From Fistulifera solaris (Eukaryota): DNA of 64,000 bases. Of the stretch, positions 12,431 through 25,464 are shown piece by piece. Within the stretch, counting starts at the first letter, position 1, and each line of letters begins with the position of its first letter. The position numbers and the translations under genes are program-made. The DNA lies in assembly GCA_030295235.1 (NCBI GenBank), contig AP026136.1, positions 1,240,001 through 1,304,000 of the forward strand, read 5' to 3'. The notes below the pieces were generated by a model, which worked only from the letters and a program-made list of their open reading frames with translations, was not told the origin of the DNA and ran no database searches.

Positions 12431-12979
12431 ATGATTATGGAACGCAAACGTAATGATTCGAACGAGGAAGAAGGCCGCACTGTCAAGCGAAGACGGACGG
12501 CGATTTTAGACGCATTTCAATCAATCTCCCTGACTCGAGAATCGCCGCAGCGAGAGGAGTCCATGAGTACGACTGCGAGCAGTTATTTCGATGATGTCGG
12601 AAACAATGATGAGGAAGATGACGATGAAAGCGACGTTGGTGAAGCACCGCTACTTTCCGATCGAGAAGAAGTAGAACGGCAAGTCATGTTCGATTTGGCT
12701 TTTGGTAGACCAACAGGAACACGGAGACACCCTGTTGACGAAAAGGTAGAAGAATGGATTCGTCGTGACTATCTGATGAGGCAACGTTTTGAGCGATATA
12801 TTTCTCCATCAACTCCGCATCAAGATGATATGCATTTAGACCACGGATCCGTTTATAGAGAACAGTCCGGATCTTCGTTTTCCCCTGAGATGGTGTACTC
12901 TTCTCTACAAAGGTCGCAATCGTTGTCCGACCTCAAACAAGCCGTCGACGATAGTATGGACATTGACATGACTGATTAA
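12431..12979 (+). CDS. Hypothetical acidic protein with possible NLS
   Basis: 182-aa ATG-initiated ORF with KRRR and an acidic tract. No family recognised. Confidence 0.6.
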   Translation: MIMERKRNDSNEEEGRTVKRRRTAILDAFQSISLTRESPQREESMSTTASSYFDDVGNNDEEDDDESDVGEAPLLSDREEVERQVMFDLAFGRPTGTRRHPVDEKVEEWIRRDYLMRQRFERYISPSTPHQDDMHLDHGSVYREQSGSSFSPEMVYSSLQRSQSLSDLKQAVDDSMDIDMTD

Positions 12980-14532
12980 TTATCGAAAACATGCGATTCA
13001 ATTTGCATTAGAGAAGTAGAGATTACTTGTTGCTGCTGAAGTCGTGTTCATGGTCAACGGGCATCTTGACGTTGAAATAGATCGTGCGGAAGTTTCCATC
13101 AATTTTGTCAAGTTGGGAGCAACCCATTGAAAGGTTCATGGTGGAGAAACCCGGTTGCTTGATCTTCGGGAACTTCGTAACGGGGCCAAACCATAGCAGA
13201 CCTTGTGAAGCTCGAATTGATTCTGACGCTAACTTCAGGAACACTGAAACGAATCCACTCGTAACCTTCAATAACAATCTAAACTAGAAAAGCGTGCCAA
13301 ATGCGCCGTAGGCGAAGAAAAATTGGTTAAAAGCACGTTTTAGCTTAAAAATCATAGGAAATATGAAAATGAAAAGGTTGTTAATCCTATCAAAATTTGG
13401 TAATGATTAACTTTTGGAAGGATGAACTTTTTGCAATGAAAACTATGGGGAGGTGGGAAAAGGCGAGGGAACGTAAAAGCGATCGATGTTCAGTTTGTGA
13501 CGTCGCGATTTGCTTGGAGGGAAAGTCAAAAACCTACACAACGGAAACTCAAGCCTCGCCTCGCCGCCCGCCCTCCGCCTCCCACCCACGCAACTCGGGA
13601 TCCAGTCACACCTAATCGAGTCTTGTTTGTACCAACTTCAAATACCGGTATTGGATTTTTCAATACCTCAATACTGGTATTATACCGGTATTGTACCGTA
13701 CGGTATTGCGGTATTCTAGAGCCCGTTGAACTGTGGTCGAGCACGCCCTCTACTTCGCAAATCATAACTCAACGAAAACATGTCGGATAATAACAATCCG
13801 TGGTGTTTTAAAAAGCCAGATTGGAATATATGTGAAAAAGTGAAACGAAAAATGGAGAATTGAGTATTGAGTCGAATGTCAAGATTACATTCTGACGTTA
13901 GGAAATTAGGAATAAATATTAGTATTTATTTGTTGTTTAAATTGTCTGTTGAGAGGTTGTCTTGCGTGAACGATTGGACCGGTAATTTTGAAATTACAAA
14001 AGGTTTTTTCGAATTGTGTAACCTTAGTGTGTAAAAATCATCATAGTGTGTAAAAATAGGGTTTTACTGGTACCTGGTACGGTACCAGTAAAGGTTACAG
14101 CAAAATAAATAACTCTTTGATACGTAAAGGCCCAAAAAATGACCACAATCGCCCTGATGTCATACTGGAAACTAGAACTTTCCTTCACTGAAAACACATA
14201 CATGAAGCAAGACACGAATCCTGACCGGCATTCAACCGGCATTAATTACTATCACTCAATAAGCAAAAGCGGAAAAGCCATAGGTCATAGGAAGGTGGGA
14301 ATAGTACATCTACGACAACAGACACCTGCCCAATCGGATTCAATTTTCTATAATTCCTTAAATAATGCATTACTCAAACTTCCGTCAGGGTCATTAGGTC
14401 ATCGGTGAAAAGAAACAAGAAACCGAAAAGCGGAGTGCCACAAGTGCCTCATAAATGTCGATCAACACCACTTTTGGCCCACCCACTCCTGGCTTTCATC
14501 ATTATTTTTCTTGTCATAACAATATCGGCACC

Positions 14533-15920
14533 ATGACGTTCACATCGCTTTCATTGACGCTGTCTCTCATCTTTATTTTCATAACAAAAATTGAGGCTCA
14601 TGGCGGCCTCGTTTCCCCCGTAGCCGCAATCAAGTCGCCCGCGTGCAAGGCTCGGAGGCCTCTCGACAAGGTGTGCCAAAGCCTGAGTATTGCTGGCAAT
14701 GCTTGAACCGCAACAATGGAGTTTGCGGTAAGGCCGGATCAAACGACTATGACGCTTGGGTCGATTCAACAGGAAAGCCAATGCCTTGGGCGTCAGAAGC
14801 AACTTATCAAACTGGTCAAATTATTCAGGTAGAGTTGGAGATTACCGCCAATCACTGGGGCCACTTCGAGTTTCGTGCGTGCCCAAAAGGAAGACAAACA
14901 AATCAAAGCTGTTTGGATCAGTATCCATTGGAATTTGTTCAAGATATTAGCTACGGAATGCCAAAAGACTTGAACTATCCAGAGCGCGGTTACATTACTG
15001 GAGACAAATCAAGATTCGTCATGAAATTTCGTTTGCCAAACAACTTGTCCGGCTCGCAAGTTCTTCTTCAGGTAAGATTTTTGTGGTCGCTTATAACTTT
15101 TTCATCAGCCGTACCCACCATCTCACCCAATGTCTGCTTTTATTTAAACAGTGGAGATACATTACCGCAAACTCGTAAGTGCATGGAACAAAAATGATAC
15201 GAAGGCCTGCCAAACACAACAAAGACTAACAACTTGTTTCGTTGACATGCAGATGCAATCCTCCAGGTTACAAGTCCTATTTCAACGGCTCATCCAATGC
15301 TGATAAGAAAGTCATTAGCAGCCAATATGTCAACATTCTTCCAGATTGCCAACTTCCGTTTTCAGTTATTGGTGATGGTGTCCCGGAGCAGTTCTGGAAT
15401 TGCGCCGAAAGTAAGTGTTGGCATCTTTCCTAGCATAAAGTGAAACTTTCTATCGTCCTCACTAAACATGTTTGGTTTCACTTTAGTTTCCGTGGGTCCG
15501 ACATCGCCAAGTGCGCCAGTTGCTCCAATTCCGAGCCCTGTGCGAGCCCCTAGCCCCGTCAGCCTACCCACACCTGTACGAGTTCCCACTCCAGTCTCTA
15601 CTCCCGTCCGTGCACCAACTCCTGTCGCTGCACCCGCCAAAGCCCCTGTTACGTCTCCTGTTCGGGCGCCAGCTATTTCTCCGGGCGCAAGCACTGGATG
15701 CTGCTCTCATGATTTCAAAACCTGCATAAATTGGTGCGGATCTACCAAATCCCAGTGTCTCGCTTGTCGTACGGATGTGACATGGCTTCCCAATGGAAGT
15801 CTCCAGTCATCGACGTGTTCCGCACGTTGGGGAGCTTGCAATAGCCGACGCCAAAAGTGTTGTGCCGGTTTGGTTTGCAAAAGGCAAAATGCTTGGTATT
15901 CTCAATGCACAACTCCTTAA
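14533..15920 (+). CDS. Secreted lytic polysaccharide monooxygenase (AA15-like) with P/T linker and Cys-rich C-terminal module
   Basis: Signal peptide ending IEA|HGGLVSP(RSRN) places His at position 1. ITANHWGHFEFRACP supplies the second His; QWRYITANSC and EQFWNCAEI follow. Introns at 15072-15151, 15175-15252 and 15411-15486. One base is missing in the C-run at 14615-14619. Confidence 0.85.
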
Positions 15921-17212
15921 TTCCATTTCAGAGTTTATAACTAGTACAATAGAGATTACAATTTCCTTGAAAGTATTACTACGGCGCCCAATTACAATGC
16001 ACGCCTCGATTCATGATGATGTAGTGTTATTACTATTTTCTGAAGTGTAGACTGAACTTAGCCACAACTGCATCTCAGTCATAAATTAATATTTTCTAGA
16101 GAGGCACCTAGAACTAAATGATCCGATCATTTCATATTTTTTTTCATAAATTGAATGATCTACATCTTTCTTTAATTATACCAACATTACCATCTGTCTC
16201 GATTCATAATGTCGAAAAACGTGCGAATTTGTTATAACAAAATACTATAGTTTCAAAGTGTAAGCGCAACTTCGCCACGACTGCATTTTAGTCCTGAATA
16301 TATTTTTTTCTTTTTCGCGCCGCACTCGCAACATAAAACACCATGGTGATGGCGAGAGGACGCGCTCCGCAATCAACAAACATTTATATCCAAGCTGAAA
16401 AGAATGACACGCTGTACGTCCTCGAAGAATTACATCACTTTGTTTTCGTCGCTCTCATGCGACGACGATCAAATAGTTTTAGGAAACATCGAGCCATAGA
16501 CGCGGGTGAGCTTGCAGAGGCAGCAGAAAAGGCTCCGTATTCTTTTCGTGTCATCATCAGCTTTTAGTAAAGAATTGAGGGCAGCTATAATATTAAACAA
16601 GAGTCTGTCGCTTTGCCGTACGAGTAAACGTCGTACAAGTGGTACACTTACTGACAGGTACCCTTCCTCATTCCCGACGTTCGGAGCAGTAAAGGATTGA
16701 CAATAGCGTCCCCGTTAGGATGCAATCGTGCTCGATCGGTAAACAGGGTCGCTTCTATGTTATTTGTCGACGAGAAAATGACTCAAGATGCTGTTGCTGG
16801 CTATAGAATGGAGAATAGGCGGAGACGATCCACAAATGCGGTCCAGTCAAGGATCGGTCCGCCGTTCGATCCGAGCTAGGATATCCGGACTGCACCGATT
16901 CGGTACTTTGCATCCAATCTAGACCAAGAACGACTCATCCACGATGTTTAGTTGCACGCTTGACTGACTGGACCCATCTTGCTCGGATGAGCATTGTCGA
17001 AATAGATCCTCGATCGGATCGTTTAAGTGCGGCATTCCTTACATCGACCAGCCCAGGATGCACCACGTTACAAGTCATGCCGTTATTGGATGTTATTTTA
17101 GTCCTGGGTTCTAGCAGGAAACACCTGTCATGGAAATGAGTTGACAGGCATCAACTTATTTTTCTCACAATTACAAAGTTAGCGCAGAACAACGAACATC
17201 TTATTCAGAATC

Positions 17213-18688
17213 ATGAAAGCTTCTCTCGTCTTTTGCGTTTGGATAACTACCGTTCTAGGCGCCGATGCGCTTCGTCATCGCAAGTTGGTACGAGCGCAGG
17301 CTGAGAAACGCATCGATCATGAATACATTGTCGTCTTTCGTGAAGGAACAAACTCCAAGGACAAAGTCACAACGCTGTCGGCGACGCTAATCGATTGCTC
17401 TTTCCGATTCACCTATGAGGACGATCAGTTTCAAGCTGCAGCGATTGGGAACATGTCTGCGGTACAGCTCTCTACTATGCTGGAAGATCCGGATGTTTTG
17501 TTCATCGAAGAGGTAAGTTTGTGACAGATGATTGGAGCGATAGCTACACTAGCTAAAGCTTACACTTGTATCACGTATTTTTACAAACTTTAGGACCAGA
17601 TTGTGGAAGAATTCGCTGTTCAGGAAGCCCCATCGTGGGGGCTTGATCGCCTCGATGAGCCCTCGTTCCCTTTGGATGGCAATTACGCTTACAAGTACAC
17701 TGGAAGAGGGGTTAAGGCCTTTGTGATTGATAGTGGGATCGCGAATCATCCCGACTTGAGGAATCCGACATGCGGATACACTCCATTTGGCAACTGCGTC
17801 GATACGCGAGGACATGGTACCCATGTAGCAGGTATCATCGGCGGATCTACTCATGGAGTCGCTAAGCAAGTCGAGCTCGTTACTATTCGCGTATTTGATT
17901 CCGAGGGCAGAGGCAGTACCTCCGGTCTCATTGCCGGTCTTGATTACATTCGCAAGGAGAAAAGAAATGATCCGCGACAGCCAATGGTTGTAAACATGTC
18001 CCTCGGTGGTGGCTACAGTCAAGCTATGAACAATATGGTCAACAGCGTTGTGGATGCCGGAGTATTTGTGGCCGTGGCGGCGGGCAATACGAAAAACGAC
18101 GCCTGCGGAACATCTCCAGCATCTGCGGAGCGTGCCATGACAGTGGCGTCCTCTAACAACTACGACGACCGTAGCAGCTTCTCTAATTACGGACCCTGCG
18201 TCAACGTCTTTGCTCCTGGAGAGGGAATCATATCCACCTGGATAGACAATCGTTCCGTCCTCCGCTCTGGCACTAGCATGGCAAGCCCACACGTTGCCGG
18301 AGTCGCCGCGTTATATCTGGAGGCTAATCCTAGCTGGTCCCCCGCGCAGGTCATGAGTGCAATAGAAAATGATTCCGTAAAAGGAGTCATCAGCGACGTT
18401 CGCGGTGCGCCCAATCGTCTGTTGAATACCCAGAAAATTGGAGGAAATGGCGGTGGTGGAGGCGCAGGATGTTGCTCTTACAACTACAAGGACTGCATGG
18501 ATATCAATGGTTGGTGTGGAACAACGCAAAATGAATGCTCCAGGTGCCAGAGGGATGTGACTTGGTTGTCCAATGGGAAGCTCTCCGGTTGTTTGGCGCG
18601 CTGGGAGAATTGTTTACACGGAACTTGCTGCCCCGGTATGACTTGCGAATATGTGGGCAAGTGGTATTCCGCGTGCACTCCTGCTTAA
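17213..18688 (+). CDS. Secreted S8 subtilisin (proteinase K-like) with I9 prodomain and Cys-rich C-terminal module
   Basis: Signal peptide and EYIVVF prodomain. Catalytic triad in [12 protein letters not shown] and [11 protein letters not shown]. Intron at 17513-17593. Confidence 0.93.
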
Positions 18689-18969
18689 GAAGTAGATGTT
18701 CGGATAATAGTCGAATGTCTGGTCATACGGAGTTAAAGGTGTATGGTGTATAGATGAATTAGCAATTGGCTCATCCAACGTACCTGACTTGCTATTTTGT
18801 TAAAAACCTTCGCAAGATGACCAGGAGACCTAGGTTTAGCTACAGTGTTATTTCGAGAAGGGATGCACTGACTACTGAGCAACTCACAGCAAAGCCGCAA
18901 GTCTTTTTAAGGTGACAAGGTAATACATTTATTGAAACTCTAAATAGTATAATTAGTGTGTTTGACCAA

Positions 18970-21108
18970 TTATCGAACATACGCTTCAATGGCAGACGAA
19001 CCGACGCGATGGCAGAAATCTCCAAAAGCTTCAAACGGCTCTCTTTGCGTTTTCCACATTTTCAAAATTGGTTCAATCGTCTTCTCTAGTTCGTTCACGT
19101 CCATCTTTGCCAGGAAGGGGTACGCTGTTCGAGTGAGAACAGGGCTACCTCCCAACCAGACTTGATAACTTTGCGGACCGTCACCTACGAAGGCCAATTC
19201 CGCCATGTAAGGGCGAGCGCATCCATTAGGACATCCGGTCATACGAATCAATATTTCTTCCTGATCGAGATCCAACTTGGTAAGAACTGCCCTTATACGT
19301 TCGAGATAGCTCGGCATGAGACGCTCAGCTTCTGTCTGAGCCAATCCACAAAGTGGCAACGCTGGGCACGCCATGGCCAGGCGATTGAGAGGATCGACTT
19401 GCTCGAGGGGCTTGATACCATGCTGAGCGAAGATGGCCTCAATGCCTGCTTTGTCTGCCGGATCAATGTCTTTGAGAACAATAGACTGAGTAGGTGACAT
19501 GACCATGTGGAGATTGTATTTATCCACGATAGCTCGAAGAGCACTCTTGAGCTTGAAGTCGCCTTCATCCTTGACACGACCGTTTTCAATGTGGACACCG
19601 TAGAAAAGCTTTCCATCGCCTTGATCCCACCATCCCATCCAATCATGATACTTGAATTCTTGAATGGGTTTCCCACGGTTGAATAGGCTTGCCAGAGTAA
19701 CTTTCAACAAGGGTGCGGAAATTGTCGATACCAAGGGTGTGTACCAAATACTTCATACGGGCATTAGCGCGAACATCACGATTTCCGTGATCTCGTTGTG
19801 CCGCCAAGATACTCTTCATGACTTCCATGATATCTTCTTTTGGAACGAAACCCAAGTGATCCGCAACTCGGGCAAATGTAGTTTCCTTGTTGTGAGTGCG
19901 GCCCATACCGCCACCCACCATGACATTGAAGCCTTCTAAATTGCCAGCGTCGTCGGTAATAACAATCACACCAATATCGTTTGTGTAAATGTCGAGACTG
20001 TTGTCCCCCGGAACCGTAACACCAATCTTGAACTTTCGCGGCAAATACCGATCACCGTACAATGGTTCGACGGGATCATCAAGCACAATCCCTCGACCAT
20101 TATCGTGTGTCATGACTTGATCAATGTTGAAATGCTCCACATCCTTGTGCCAGAATTCTACACTCGCTGCCTTTTCTCCATCCAGCCATATTTGCGAAAA
20201 AGCCGGAGTCATAGGTCGGAAAAGCTGCGCAAAGACCTTGGAGTATTCTCGGGCGTACTTGTATTCGGGTGACTGAAAAGGGGCGGGTGTGCACATGACG
20301 TTACGACTGACATCTCCACACGCACCGACGGTGGAACTTCCAATGTTCATGATAGTACTAATGACGGTTTTGAGACCACCTTTGAGAATACCGTGAATCT
20401 GAAAGCACTGACGCGTCGTGGCTCGTAGATCACCTTGTCCGTAGTCTCGACTCAAGTCATCAATGGTGCGATACAACTCCGGAGGCAATTCTCCAGCGGG
20501 TTGTTTCAATCGCAACATGAATTGATAGTCCTTTCCTTTTCCTTTGTACTCACGATCCGATTGTTGATAACTTCCATGATATTTTAGAATTTGGTACGCA
20601 TCTTTGCTGATACCGGCTTCTTCTGTGGCAAGTTCCTGTGATGAGACGTGTGAAAAAGTGTGTGAGTGAGAGCATGCGGAATGCAAATATAACGTGCGCA
20701 CTATGACAGAAAAAAAAACATCGATCAGAGTTTACCCAAATCGTCCACTGGCTTGTGGGACGGGGCCTTTCTTAGCCGTCGACATGTATCGATCAGACGG
20801 GGAAAGAATATACTGCATCACTTCGTCGTTCCTATGTAAAACAAGCATACTGTTGCGTGCTGCAATTCAGCATGCTTATATTAGCCACAAGTCACACAGA
20901 AACGTACCGTCAAAAGAGGCTTGAGTAAATGATCAGAATCTACTTTCAACGATTCAATCTTGGCGAGTTTCTTCTCCTTTGGCTTCTCCAACACCATCGA
21001 TAAAGATGAAGAAGAGGATTCGCCAAGTGACCGCGCCGAAAGCTGTGAGACGGTAAACGCCTGCACAGCCGTTGCCAATCCCGCTATTATTGCTGCCGAA
21101 TACTTCAT
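18970..21108 (-). CDS. SiR: Ferredoxin-dependent sulfite reductase, plastid-targeted
   Basis: Signal peptide with VQA|F; YLPRKFKI, GGGMGRTH and the siroheme/Fe-S ligands ACPALPLC and TGCPNGC. Intron at 20636-20907 and a 1-bp indel near 19673. Confidence 0.93.
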
Positions 21109-21436
21109 TGTCCGTTTGAAGTCTTGTACAAGAAAGGTAGTAAACGCAATGAAAGACTAATGTTGATCAATAAATCACTCCTCCGATCGGAAAGTGTGTC
21201 ACTGCTATCTGCGGTGTCGAAATCTCCAGACACACGAAAGCAAATACAACGGCGAAGAGAAAAGCTAGAGAGAAAAAAAAAGATCGGATGGTTCCTTGAC
21301 CTTCTGGACGGGTACTTTCTGTCGAATAGCACCTTATACCTTCTTTCTTCCGTTCGGTCACAGCACACCCAATCTTCAAGACAGTCGAAACAATCCGATA
21401 TCCGATTGCTTTTTTGTGTGGCTATACGTTCGTCGC

Positions 21437-21444
21437 TGACGTCA
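21437..21444. promoter_or_regulatory. Palindromic CRE TGACGTCA upstream of SiR
   Basis: ctgacgtcag lies ~330 bp upstream of the SiR ATG. It is a single site and could be chance. Confidence 0.3.
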
Positions 21445-21811
21445 GACGGATGGAAGATCAGGCGGATGAAGAAGACTCAATCAATTTTCCGTTGGAAAAA
21501 CTTCAAGTACCGCTCCGATGTGATAGCTAGAGTTCCAGACATCGGACGACCTCGCATGATAGGGCAAAACTTCCTCTTGGATCCCCCACGGAACATCTGC
21601 TTCCAACTGCGGGAACTTCAGTCACTATTGATGTTGTGCGATTGCTAGAGACACGAAAGACAAATAAATAAAATCGACTGATAGTTAGCAAAGATTAGGA
21701 ATAGAACGATACCATCATGTAGAGTTGGATCGTTGTAATAAATAGTGGTTATTCAAAAATGTGAAGGGCATGTATAAGAGGAAAAAACAATCGCGGCGTC
21801 TAACTGGTGCT

Positions 21812-22789
21812 TCATGATAGATGTTGCTTTGTGCGTCTCTCTTGTTCCTTGGCTTTTCGGGTCGCCTCATCCATAAGAATAGTAATCTTGCGATTCAATA
21901 ACTTGTTTTCATTATGACCACGAATAAAGAGTTCTCGGAGTTTGTTGTTGGAGAAGGAACCAATTCCAAAAGCTGGAAGGATTCGTAATCCACGGGCAAA
22001 GGCTACCGTATGGAATTCATGAGCAATGATGGCGAGGCGATCCGTCCAGGGCAATGGTTGAGGCCGATTGAAGTAATCCATAGCATGAACGTGCATGGGT
22101 GCTGTCGCAAACTGTGAAACAACAGGAATGCCTAACGCCATGGAGAGTTCCGCTGTATTCTTTTCCCATCCGCGTTCGGTTTGTAGGTACTTGGCAGCTC
22201 GGGGTGCCAGATAAAAGGTAGCGTACATCGTGCAAGCATCTCGTGCGGCGAAAAGACTAAGCGTACGGAAAGGTGTTTTCCTTGCATTCGCCGCTTCGCT
22301 CCCGTACACACGAGCAAAGACTGAATCGCGCCACGCCAGGAGAGAAATATTAGCGATAGACGACGCTATCACCTTGCCTTGTTTCCGTTGCTCGTCGTCT
22401 CGAATCGTTTTTACGTCAAGAAAAAGTTCGGAAAGATTCGCCACGGCATATGTTCCAAAATAGACGGCGAAAGTCAAGCGGAACGAAAGACCTCCGAAGA
22501 ATGTGCGCGGCTGAAGAATCATTTCGGTGGACGAATGTTTCAAGGCCGCCGCAAACGTTCCGTGTCGCGAAATATCTTGCACAATGCATTTATCAATGAT
22601 CGAAACTAAAGGAGACACAAGAAAGGACGCAGCAAAAGCGCATCCGATCTCTTTGGGAGCACGACTCATCGTCGTCTCGATGAATCCGTGTCGCTTAGCA
22701 TCGGAAAAGATAAAGGAACGCCACCAAGGACCTTCTTCACGGGGTTCAGTGAAGAATCGCTTGCTGATTTTACGTTTGAGCTCTTCCAT
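21812..22789 (-). CDS. Uncharacterised mitochondrial-carrier-like membrane protein, paralog C
   Basis: Same motifs as paralogs A and B but more divergent. ATG at 22789 (MEELKRK). Confidence 0.75.
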   Translation of the reverse strand: MEELKRKISKRFFTEPREEGPWWRSFIFSDAKRHGFIETTMSRAPKEIGCAFAASFLVSPLVSIIDKCIVQDISRHGTFAAALKHSSTEMILQPRTFFGGLSFRLTFAVYFGTYAVANLSELFLDVKTIRDDEQRKQGKVIASSIANISLLAWRDSVFARVYGSEAANARKTPFRTLSLFAARDACTMYATFYLAPRAAKYLQTERGWEKNTAELSMALGIPVVSQFATAPMHVHAMDYFNRPQPLPWTDRLAIIAHEFHTVAFARGLRILPAFGIGSFSNNKLRELFIRGHNENKLLNRKITILMDEATRKAKEQERRTKQHLS

Positions 22790-23529
22790 GGTGTAGTAAG
22801 GGATCAAACTAGCAAGTATAGGAAGAAACAAGCGATTGTGGTGAACTTTCCTCTTGATAAAACCCTCGATTTATGACAACAAATAATAATAGAATTCGAA
22901 AACCTTTTGGAGGAAACGTTTTTGGCAAAAGATTCACCTCTTCATTCGTACTTCGTATCTTTTTTTACTGTGGGTAAGTTTGCCAGTTTTTCTTTCCTTC
23001 TACATTCTACCGGATAGTGCACTTCCTCCGGTACTTGGAGAATTTGCTTCCGTGAATTTCAGACCGACGATCGTCAATCGCCAGTTGGCAGTTCCGCAGT
23101 TCCTGAAGTTTCTGATGCAGAATCTAGAATTCGGAATCATTATCATCATCTGAAGTAGAATATTGTCTTTGCCACAGCCACAGCTCTAGTCACAAACCAT
23201 GGGGCTTCTAAAATCCTAGTGTGTGTTCCAGCAAAATCATCCACAGCCCCAACAGTGGTAAGTATTCACTTCCCCTTCATAATTTTGCCATTCCTCAACT
23301 TAGCATAAAGCGTGAAAGCTGAATGATTTTTATTCGTATCAACGTTTCCGGGACTCAACTTCTTGCAGTCCCGGAAAGAACACACGACGGCCGCACTTTT
23401 TTTCAAAACAGTACCGGGTACAAGTAGGGTACGGTACGGTACCCGGTACCCGGTAACAACCCCTCGCGTCTCGCGTCGTTTTCATTTTCTTGCCAAACAG
23501 GCCAATACTTTGTAACTCTCTAGACAACG

Positions 23530-24744
23530 ATGATCGGCCCTTCTACGAAACGAACTTGTATATTATTATTATTTTTGATGATCTCCTCACTGAATCATAA
23601 TCTAGTTCGAACCTTTTGTTTACAGAACAAAAGGAAAAGCCACCTATTATCACGTTTGACCTCCACCAACAAGCGACAGAGTGACGCCAATTTATTACTT
23701 AACAATGTTCTGCAACGGTCGCAACGTGTGCTTTCTACTTTACCGAATAACCAAAACAACAATCAAACATTGTCGGATATTCCTAAAGAGATGCATTCAG
23801 GCAATTCACAGCTGGTCGAATCACTGTTGAATTCTGCTACTCAACGTGCCGATCAAATCCTACGCAAGAAATCAAGTGCATCTACTAAAGGTACTCTATC
23901 CATTTCCACTCAAACAACTGCAAACACAAAACAAGAATCGCCACAACCCATTCACAATTACGGAAAGAATCCAGCCATTACGACAACAGCGTTGGCGCAT
24001 TTGCTCTGGTCGCACGTTCTCCAAGATGCAACACACACCGCGGTGATTGATGCTACAGCCGGAAACGGCAATGATGCCGTCTTTCTCGCTCAGCTATTGT
24101 TTCCGAACTTGTCAAATGATACTGCACAAGTCTCGACAAACCAGTTGCTTTGTCTCGATGTGCAGGAGCGGGCCTGTCAAGTGACGGAACAGCGACTGGC
24201 CGACCTTTGCCACAATCCATTCTGCAAAACAATGTTCAAGTACTGCAACAATCGCATGCCACATTTCCTGATTCTCAGGGACCCGTGTCGTTGGTAGTGT
24301 ACAATTTAGGATATCTACCTAATTCGACGCATTTGGAGGGTGATGACGCTCCGGATAAGAACATCAAAACAAACACTCAATCAACCTTAAATTCTTTGAT
24401 GAATGCGGCTACTCTTCTTCAAGTAGGAGGAATGCTTTCAATCATGACGTATCCGAGATCGGATGCCGTTGAAGATGCGGCGGTACATGCCTTTTGTCAG
24501 GGACTGGCGCTCTTTTCGAGTCAAACACAAGACTGGCGCGGCATGTTTACTGAAAATGATAATAAGAATCATCCGGATCTAGCATTGTCTCCTTTGATTG
24601 ATCGTACGGTAAAACAGCAAATCTATTTCAATTTGGAAAAGTGCTGCACGCGCTAGGTAGCAAATCAGCGTGGCGAGTTCAAGAATACAAAAGATGGGTT
24701 GGATTGATTCGCCGATTCTTGTCACTGCATTTCGAATCAAATAG
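23530..24744 (+). CDS. SAM-dependent methyltransferase (YtqB/MnmM-like putative RNA methylase) with N-terminal presequence
   Basis: VIDATAGNGND, LDVQ, YNLGYLP and GGMLSIMTYP motifs. Apparent indels near 24205, 24640 and 24692; ends SPILVTAFRIK*. Confidence 0.75.
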
Positions 24745-25464
24745 TTTGAACCTTATAAATCAATATTGGGCAGAAGTTATTGTAATTTTTTTTAAAAAGT
24801 GGTATGATTTCATACAACGTAGCACTTTTGTGACATAACTGGTATGAAGTGGAGATCAAGGAATAAGCGGGCGGGACTACATGTAACTTAGCAAAAGATA
24901 ACTCCGCCAGCTAACCATAAATGGAAAGTTGAATACGTCGCATCACGTAAAACCTGTACTTGACGGATGAAACAAGTCCTTAATATGAACCTTCCGGAAA
25001 TGCATCAAACTTAACTTGAATCATTTTCATGGCATTCATGAAGGTACTTCAAACCCTTTCCTCATTATGTTGCAGCCATTAGGTAAATAACCTCTTGCTG
25101 TCTCCACCGCCTAAAAAATGAATCAACAGCGACTACTGCTGGAAGGTACCCGTTCGTTCCTTTGCCTCGCAGCTTCTGGTACAGAAAATGGCCGATCAAA
25201 ATCCTGCAAGACAGCAGGGACCTATCCTGAAGTCAAAAAAAATGAGAGTCACCATCCTCCAAAGAGCAAATTGATTTTTTGGCGAGCCAATTGTTGACTT
25301 CGATCCAATAGAACGCGAAAGTTAGACCAGTCGACCTAAAGAGATCTATTGTGCCGTGATAGAACCATATTGCGCATTAATTGCGACCAGCAAACAAAAG
25401 ATGTTGACGATTGTTGTCGCCTGATACCAGCAAACACGAGACTGACGCATTCAATTCTTGGTCA

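Noticed and set aside
13023..13290. Short minus-strand ORF (84 aa) after a possible splice acceptor
   Set aside because: No recognisable homology and no upstream exon could be built.
16343..16879. Chain of short ORFs between the LPMO and the subtilisin
   Set aside because: No motifs and no coherent gene model.
17549..18292. 247-aa antisense ORF
   Set aside because: Shadow of the subtilisin CDS. The same applies to antisense ORFs over the CA, carrier and E2 genes.
18970..21108. Nitrite reductase as an alternative call
   Set aside because: GGGMGRTH, YLPRKFKI and CARPYMAE fit the cyanobacterial/plant sulfite reductase type.
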